Below are positions 24,810-31,322 of a stretch of 31,322 bases of DNA, one piece after another. The notes beneath the pieces were generated by a model. That model did not search any database, had not been told where the DNA came from, and saw only the letters and a program-made list of their open reading frames with translations. A program made the translations under genes and the position numbers. The DNA comes from a virus. Its lineage: Duplodnaviria; Caudoviricetes. Where the stretch lies: positions 1 to 31,322 of IMG/VR virus record IMGVR_UViG_3300031694_000027. One strand, given 5' to 3'. Every line of letters starts with the position of its first letter. Position 1 is the stretch's first letter.

Positions 24810-26623
24810 TGGCGAATAAAGTAACACCGGTAGATTACGATTTTACCACTATAAAGACGAGTCTAAAAACATACCTTCAAAATCAAACTGAGTTTGCTGA
24901 TTATAAGTTTGAAGGATCTGCGATGTCTACATTCTTAGACGTATTAGCATATAACACACACTATAATGCTTTGACTGTCAACTTTGGTTTAAACGAATCA
25001 TTCCTCGATTCCGCTAAGATTAGAAGCTCTGTTGTATCTTCTGCTAAGTCACTTGGTTATACACCAAAGTCTAATACATCTGCTGTAGCTACTGTGGATG
25101 TTCAAGTTAACGGCCCAAATATTCCAGCTGGTACAGGTGCATTGTCAATGCCTGCCGGATCTAAATTTACTACAGCAATAGATGGTATTAGCCGAGTATT
25201 TAATACTACTAAGTCACATACGTCTGATGCTGCATATAAGTTTACTAACGTTCAAATTACTGAAGGTGAATTCAAGTCCCGCACTTTTATTGTGGACGGC
25301 TCTGATACAAATCAGTTATTTGTTATAAACGACGCTAACATAGACACATCCACGCTAAAAATTGTTGTAAAAGATTCGTACTCTTCAGCGACTGGAACCA
25401 CATACTTAAAGACCTCAGATATTATTAATATTACTGCGACAAGTAATGTGTATTTCTTACAAGAAGGTTACGATGGCAATTACGAGATATATTTCGGTGA
25501 TGGTAATGTCGGCCGTAAGTTGACCGCAGGATCTGTTATAGTAGTGACATACTTATCATCCGCATCTACTTTAGGCAATGACGCAAGTGTATGGCAAACT
25601 TCAGGTGCAATTAACGGATATAGCCAGACAACTGTGACAAATGTTCTTGCCGCTGCCGGTGGATCTGCTAGAGAAGGTGTCGAATCAATTCGCTTTAATG
25701 CACCATTAGCATACTCTGCACAAGATAGAACCGTGACTGCATCTGATTATAAGACTGCAATCATCACAAACTATTCTGCACTTGATGCGATTAGTGTGTG
25801 GGGTGGAGAAGATAACGTACCAGCAATATATGGTAAAGTATTCATCTCGATCAAACCTACTGGTGCAGAGGCGTTAACCCTTGCACAAAAGAACACAATC
25901 ACTACGGATATTCTTAAGCCACGAGCAGTGATGAGTATTACTCCGGTCTTTACAGATCCAACGTACACATACATTAACCTCGATGTTATCGCTAAGTATG
26001 ATCCTACGACTACCTCGTTATCTTCTGACGGTGTTGCTGCATTAATTAGGAATAAAATCTTAACAGGAACATCATCATTCTTGAGTACATACCTTAATAA
26101 GTTTAATGGTATAATGAGGCACTCAAAGTTATTAAGTACTATTGACTCATCAAGCATTGCTGTGCTATCGTCCATTGCACGAGTTCAAATGGAGAGGCGT
26201 CTAGTACCGACTAATCTATCTAAATATACAATCGATTTTCCAGAAGCAATATTTCAGAAAGCAAGTGTAGTATTATCTTCAACTGGATTTGTATATTCTG
26301 GACAAAACTGCGTGCTAGAAGACGTCGTACCCACAAACGGTGTAGGTATTCGCAATATCAATATAGTACGTAAATCAGGTACATCCACGTTGATTGTACA
26401 AAGTAATATCGGAACATTAGATCCTACTACTGGCATCGTACAATTAAATAATTTTGCACCTGATGCATATACTGGTACGTACATTGCAATTAGGGTAATT
26501 CCTAATTCATATGATATTGCACCAGAACGATATATGTTATTATCGATGGAAAGTTCAGGTGTAACAATTACTGTTCAGTCTGATTCAAGTACAGTTGATT
26601 ATAACGCAAACTCAAGGTTCTAA
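24809..26623 (+). CDS. gp6: Baseplate wedge subunit
   Basis: DYKFEGS, LAYNTHYN, ESFLDSA..RSSVVS.AK.LGYTP, QDRTVT..DY, WGGEDN.P..YGKVFISIKP. Confidence 0.95.
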   Translation: MANKVTPVDYDFTTIKTSLKTYLQNQTEFADYKFEGSAMSTFLDVLAYNTHYNALTVNFGLNESFLDSAKIRSSVVSSAKSLGYTPKSNTSAVATVDVQVNGPNIPAGTGALSMPAGSKFTTAIDGISRVFNTTKSHTSDAAYKFTNVQITEGEFKSRTFIVDGSDTNQLFVINDANIDTSTLKIVVKDSYSSATGTTYLKTSDIINITATSNVYFLQEGYDGNYEIYFGDGNVGRKLTAGSVIVVTYLSSASTLGNDASVWQTSGAINGYSQTTVTNVLAAAGGSAREGVESIRFNAPLAYSAQDRTVTASDYKTAIITNYSALDAISVWGGEDNVPAIYGKVFISIKPTGAEALTLAQKNTITTDILKPRAVMSITPVFTDPTYTYINLDVIAKYDPTTTSLSSDGVAALIRNKILTGTSSFLSTYLNKFNGIMRHSKLLSTIDSSSIAVLSSIARVQMERRLVPTNLSKYTIDFPEAIFQKASVVLSSTGFVYSGQNCVLEDVVPTNGVGIRNINIVRKSGTSTLIVQSNIGTLDPTTGIVQLNNFAPDAYTGTYIAIRVIPNSYDIAPERYMLLSMESSGVTITVQSDSSTVDYNANSRF

Positions 26624-26624
26624 A

Positions 26625-27374
26625 ATGTCTAATCGCCAAGCGCAAGTCGAATCAGTATTGCCACAACACGTGGCAACGGAGTATCCTCAGTTTGTATTAG
26701 TTCTTAAAAAATATTATGAGTGGTTAGAGACTATACATAAGTCTGACGAACACACTCATAATTGGGAAAATATACGAGATATTGATAAGACTTCTACAGG
26801 CCATATGGCTCATCTAGAACAAGAATACGCGCCTGATTTTCCAAAAGCATTTAGTACTACAAAGAATAAAGTATACAAAAATATTAAAGGTCTATATCTT
26901 GCTAAAGGAACTAGTAAAGCCATTGAGACATACTTTAGAATAGTACACGGTGTCGACGCTAAGGTTGACTTCCCTGCTGACAATATGTTGATTGCATCGG
27001 CCGGTAACTGGGATGAAGCTGCTGGTAAGTATACAGATTTTGCGCATAGACTTGGTTATACATACTCTAAGCTTCAAGATTCTGAAACATATCAAAGCCA
27101 TTCATATCGAGTATATGCAAAACCTGCTCCGGATACATATAAAGATAATGTTAAGAAGCTATTGCATCCAATTGGGTTTAAGATGATTCCAAGTGTACCT
27201 ATTATGCAAGATGCAAAGGATGTTGCTTATGCTACAGGAACCTTACAGAATCTTGATCGTATTAAATTCCAAAGTGCAGGTTCAATAAACGACTGGAGCA
27301 CTCTTACGATATCAGACGTTAATAATAGAATTGGTACAAACATCCAATCAGGACTAGAAAGAGATAATACCTAA
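26625..27374 (+). CDS. Short gp7-like baseplate wedge protein
   Basis: LP......YPQFV..LKKYYEWLE, LY.AKGT, KLQDS..YQ.HSY, VKKLLHPIG; between gp6 and gp8; start at ATG 26625. Confidence 0.72.
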   Translation: MSNRQAQVESVLPQHVATEYPQFVLVLKKYYEWLETIHKSDEHTHNWENIRDIDKTSTGHMAHLEQEYAPDFPKAFSTTKNKVYKNIKGLYLAKGTSKAIETYFRIVHGVDAKVDFPADNMLIASAGNWDEAAGKYTDFAHRLGYTYSKLQDSETYQSHSYRVYAKPAPDTYKDNVKKLLHPIGFKMIPSVPIMQDAKDVAYATGTLQNLDRIKFQSAGSINDWSTLTISDVNNRIGTNIQSGLERDNT

Positions 27375-28663
27375 TGACTGCAATTATAACACCAGAAATA
27401 CGACATGACAACGCTGCAGCTCTAATGACTTCATTTGGGGCAAATCAATACTACATGGGTGTTGGTCGAGGTGAGTCTTGGGCCGATGATACTGCTCCTG
27501 GAGTACCTAACGAAGGTGGCACAATGCTTCTGGATGCTCGGTACGGAACTCAGGGTATGATTAAATTAACTAACGCTTCATTAGTTGTACCCCGATGGAA
27601 CTGGACATTTGATGAAGTCTATTACTCATACGATGATAGGGATACTAATTTATTGTCACGTCCATTCTACGTAATGAATGATGACTATTATGTTTATGTA
27701 TGTTTGGTTGCAAGCGGCAAAAGTACAGTTAAGCCAACAGGTACACTTACTACTCCATTCACAACTGCTGATGGATACCAATGGAAATTTCTATACGAAG
27801 TTACTACTGACGGTTTCAATAAGTTCTTGACTAATGTCTATATGCCTATTCAAAAAGCTCCTACAGCAGACGATGCTAGTCTCCAATGGGACGTTCAGAA
27901 TACTGCTGTTGTAGGTGCAATTCACAACGTTAAAGTTGATACCGCTGGAACACTATACACTGTTGCAACACCTCCTACCGTAACAATTACAGGTAATGGA
28001 ACTGGAGCAACCGCTACGGCAGCCGTGACTGGTACTGGTGTTACTTCTATTACGATGACTAATATCGGTTCAGGATATACATACGCTGATATTACTATTA
28101 CAGATTCTGGTTCAGGAACTGGTAGTGTTGCAAGGGCTATTATATCTCCTGCAGGTGGACATGGTGCTGATGTAGTTAAAGCTCTCGGTGCTTACTTTGT
28201 TTTGATCAATGGTCGTATTAATGACTCTATTGCATTAGGTGATATTATACCTGGGCAAGATTTTAGACAGACTTCAATATTCCGTAATCCATACAACTTC
28301 GGAACATCTACAATATCAACTGCATTATCAATGTCAGGCAATAGCGGGTTTACTTTAACTTCTGATTCAGGGTTTGCTCTTGACGATCTTATTACAGGTG
28401 GTACATCAGGCGCGGTTGCAATTGTTGATACATACGATTCCTCTAACAATACTTTGCGCTTTCATCAGAGTGTGTCGACTGGACATAAAGCATTCACGGT
28501 AGGTGAGACTATCACTTCTACCGCTGGTACAGGCGTTATAAATACAATTACTAATCCAGAGGTTGATGTTACTACTGGAGAGCTTGTTTATATAGAAAAT
28601 CATGCTCCTATATTACACTCAGCCGGTGTGATTGAAGACATGAAATTAGTTATCCAATTTTAA
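27374..28663 (+). CDS. gp8: Baseplate wedge subunit
   Basis: MTAIIT, VVPR.NW, FYVMN.DY.VY.CL, DGYQWKFLY, GHGAD, DFRQ, GELVYIEN, EDMKLVIQF. Confidence 0.9.
   Translation: MTAIITPEIRHDNAAALMTSFGANQYYMGVGRGESWADDTAPGVPNEGGTMLLDARYGTQGMIKLTNASLVVPRWNWTFDEVYYSYDDRDTNLLSRPFYVMNDDYYVYVCLVASGKSTVKPTGTLTTPFTTADGYQWKFLYEVTTDGFNKFLTNVYMPIQKAPTADDASLQWDVQNTAVVGAIHNVKVDTAGTLYTVATPPTVTITGNGTGATATAAVTGTGVTSITMTNIGSGYTYADITITDSGSGTGSVARAIISPAGGHGADVVKALGAYFVLINGRINDSIALGDIIPGQDFRQTSIFRNPYNFGTSTISTALSMSGNSGFTLTSDSGFALDDLITGGTSGAVAIVDTYDSSNNTLRFHQSVSTGHKAFTVGETITSTAGTGVINTITNPEVDVTTGELVYIENHAPILHSAGVIEDMKLVIQF
28537..28544 (+). promoter_or_regulatory. Possible internal late promoter
   Basis: TATAAATA in the 3' end of gp8, about 130 nt before the next gene. 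Confidence 0.45.
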
Positions 28664-28675
28664 GAGAGAATAAAA

Positions 28676-31322
28676 ATGGCCATAGATTTTAATATTTCCC
28701 CATACTTTGATGATTACGATGAGTCAAAGTTATTTCAGCGGATTCTCTTTAAACCTGGATATGCAGTTCAGGCTAGAGAACTAACTCAGCTACAGACTAT
28801 CCTACAGAATCAGGTTACCCGTTTAGGTAATCATATGTTCTCTGACGGTGACATGGTTATTCCTGGTGGAGTACACTACGATAATAAGTACCATTACGTC
28901 AAGGTAGATGCATCATATACAGATGCAGCATCCACAACATTTGATGCAGAGACATATACATCCGCACAATTAATCGGTGCTACAATTGCTGGATCCACTT
29001 CTACAGTGGCTGGTGTTGTTGTAGGATTTACAACTTCTGTTGGATCAGACCCTGTCACTCTATTTGTTAAATACAATAGCTCTGGATCAATTGGTACGTC
29101 AAAGACTTTTGCAAATGGCGAAGAGTTATCTACGTCACTAAACGGTGTTACATTAAAATTCAAATCAAATGCTGCTACTTCAACCGGAACCGGTTCTGCT
29201 GTATCTGTTGAGCAAGGTGTATACTTTGTACGAGGCCAATTTGCATTGGTTCAATCGTCCACTGTCATCCTTGAGAAATACTCAGCGAGTGCATCCAATA
29301 AGGTAGGATTTGCTGTAACAGAATCTGCTGTAACAGCAACGAATGATACTACTCTAAACGATAATGCTTCTGGTGGATACTCAAACTACAACGCTCCAGG
29401 TGCTGATCGATACAAGTTAGAACTAACATTGGCCAAGCATGCAGAGACTGTAGTTATTGCTTCAGACTTTGTCGAGCTAATGGTTATACGAGGCGGTAAA
29501 GTAGCTAAGGTTAAAGAGCGTACAACGTTTAGCCTGATCAATGATGCAATCGCGGTTAAGACACGAGATGAGGCTGGTGATTACACTGTTCGCCCATACA
29601 TTACTACTGCTGCAGACCACGCATCAGATACAACTAAGTTTACTCTTAAAATTGCTCCAGGTAAAGCTGTAGTCGATGGTTATACACACGAGATGACTGA
29701 TACGTTTTCAGTTGATGTATCTAAGCCACGTACAGTTGCTCATAACGATGATATTGCAACGTCAGTACGGTACGGCAACTATGTGCCAATAACCATTACT
29801 AGCGGCGTATTCCCAGATATGAGATTCCTTCCTATCCTTAATATTAAAAATAATAGTTCACAAACAAAAGGTACATGTAGACTACGCAATATAGAATATG
29901 TAAGTGGCTCAGGTGCTACTACTGTATACAACGCTTATATTTTTGATGTTAAAATGCAGGCTGGCGAATCATTTAGAAACGCTACAAAAATAACAGTTGG
30001 TTCCACCACATTTGTTGCCACACTTACGGCAGCAGCTGGTGCATCGGTTATTCTTGGAATTAACGATAATAAGTCTGTATATACGATACCTTATGCTCGC
30101 ATTAAAGATACATTGAATGTAGGTAGCACTGCTACTGCAACTACAGTAACTTCTATGAATTACCAAGAGCTTGTTCCTGCTAATGCAACGCACGTCGATA
30201 TCTCAGTAGTGGATGGCTCGGTTGAAACTTTTGAATCAATACTACCCTCTGACTATATTGTTATTCCAATTAACGCTGGTAGTGGCGCATTCGGCGTACC
30301 TCAAGTTGTCACTCCTACGTATGTAACAGGTAAAACAACTGTCAGACTTGCAGTGGCTGGTCGCTCAGGAGATACTCTTGCAGTATGGTCTAAAATAACA
30401 AAAGTTGGATCAATACCTAAAACTAAGACCTTAACTGAAAATTATGCCGAGGCAATGAGCTGGGTATCTGGTCAACGTGGTTATCAACTTCATCGAGCTG
30501 ATGGCTGGAAGTTAAAATCCGTTGTAACAGATGCAGCCGCAGGTTCTGTTGATATAACCCACCAATTCCAATTTGATGGTGGTCAACGTGATAATTTCTA
30601 TGATGTATCATATATTAACATGAAGTCTAACTTTACTCCACTAACTACTGGTACTTTTGTAGTAACATATGATCACTTCACACATAGTGTTGCTGGTAAT
30701 TACTTTACTATAGACTCATATCCTGCTAATATTTCATATGATGAAATTGCAAATCATAAATGGAATGGTGTTGACTTGAGAGATCAATTTGACTTTAGAT
30801 CACGTATAGGTAATTCAGGTGTATCGTATTCAGCTGCTGGTGCAATACGTTGTGAAGTACCTGCTGTCGGATCTTCTATCCTTCATAATGCTCATTACTA
30901 CCTACCACGTACTGATTCATTGTTCATCGATAATGCCGGTAACTTTGGTATAACTACTGGAGCTAATGAATCATCAGCAACGACTCCTGAAGTACCTGGC
31001 AATGCAATGAAGATTTACGATATCGTAATGCCTGGTTATGTTAAAAATTCAACTGATCTTGCCTTACGTCATATAGACAACAAACGTTTCACTATGCAAG
31101 ATATTGGTGAAATTGAAGATCGTGTTGATCGTCTTGAGTACTATACTTCATTAACTAACTTAGAACAAGCTACATTAAACTCTAATATCGTTACTTCAAC
31201 AAACGTCCAACGCTGGAAATCAGGATTTATGGTTGATAGTTTCATGGATCATTCTAAGTCTGATAACGCTACTGCTGATAATGAGATGGCAATTGATCCA
31301 CAAAATGGAGAATTGCGTCCAT
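28676..31322 (+). CDS. Large VrlC-like (DUF4815-type) baseplate structural protein, 3'-truncated by the window
   Basis: MAIDFNISPYFDDYD...RILFKPGYAVQARELTQLQTILQNQ; later NAPGADRYK, YYLPR.D, NKRFTMQDIG..E.RV..LEYYTSL; appears open to the window end. Confidence 0.88.
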   Translation, partial: MAIDFNISPYFDDYDESKLFQRILFKPGYAVQARELTQLQTILQNQVTRLGNHMFSDGDMVIPGGVHYDNKYHYVKVDASYTDAASTTFDAETYTSAQLIGATIAGSTSTVAGVVVGFTTSVGSDPVTLFVKYNSSGSIGTSKTFANGEELSTSLNGVTLKFKSNAATSTGTGSAVSVEQGVYFVRGQFALVQSSTVILEKYSASASNKVGFAVTESAVTATNDTTLNDNASGGYSNYNAPGADRYKLELTLAKHAETVVIASDFVELMVIRGGKVAKVKERTTFSLINDAIAVKTRDEAGDYTVRPYITTAADHASDTTKFTLKIAPGKAVVDGYTHEMTDTFSVDVSKPRTVAHNDDIATSVRYGNYVPITITSGVFPDMRFLPILNIKNNSSQTKGTCRLRNIEYVSGSGATTVYNAYIFDVKMQAGESFRNATKITVGSTTFVATLTAAAGASVILGINDNKSVYTIPYARIKDTLNVGSTATATTVTSMNYQELVPANATHVDISVVDGSVETFESILPSDYIVIPINAGSGAFGVPQVVTPTYVTGKTTVRLAVAGRSGDTLAVWSKITKVGSIPKTKTLTENYAEAMSWVSGQRGYQLHRADGWKLKSVVTDAAAGSVDITHQFQFDGGQRDNFYDVSYINMKSNFTPLTTGTFVVTYDHFTHSVAGNYFTIDSYPANISYDEIANHKWNGVDLRDQFDFRSRIGNSGVSYSAAGAIRCEVPAVGSSILHNAHYYLPRTDSLFIDNAGNFGITTGANESSATTPEVPGNAMKIYDIVMPGYVKNSTDLALRHIDNKRFTMQDIGEIEDRVDRLEYYTSLTNLEQATLNSNIVTSTNVQRWKSGFMVDSFMDHSKSDNATADNEMAIDPQNGELRP

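Noticed and set aside
21108-30611. Numerous - strand ORFs in the baseplate module
   Set aside because: Antisense shadows of well-supported + strand structural genes.
1-31322. tRNA genes or stop-codon reassignment
   Set aside because: No cloverleaf recognised in the short intergenic gaps; core genes are intact under the standard code and all three stops are used.

Overview
A 31 kb segment of a T4-like myophage genome (standard genetic code, AT-rich), probably infecting a Gram-negative host because it encodes a two-component spanin. On the + strand, 1-16.3 kb holds the spanins, nrdA-nrdB-glutaredoxin, a GIY-YIG protein, RNase H, an FmdB-type zinc ribbon, PhoH, an exonuclease, an accessory region of small ORFs separated by three 73-bp promoter repeats, and gp33-gp59-gp32. 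On the - strand, 16.3-20.7 kb holds a tape-measure-like gene, gp51-like, gp26-like, a gp54/gp19-family gene, gp2 and gp4. On the + strand, 20.7-31.3 kb is a baseplate module (gp48, 53, 27-like, 5, 25, 6, 7-like, 8 and a truncated VrlC-like gene). Nine sigma70-type promoters (TKTACW-17bp-TATAAT) and seven T4 late boxes (TATAAATA) were found. The most interesting signals concern translation: (1) a small basic ArfA-like ORF whose intrinsic terminator lies before its stop codon, suggesting a phage ribosome-rescue factor made from non-stop mRNA; (2) a T-TTT-TTT -1 slippery site joining gp26-like to a start-less gp51-like frame just upstream of the tape measure (lambda G/GT arrangement); (3) an apparent ATT start codon for RNase H. 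There is also an orphan early promoter firing antisense into the late genes. Family assignments come from motif recognition and synteny only; no searches were run.
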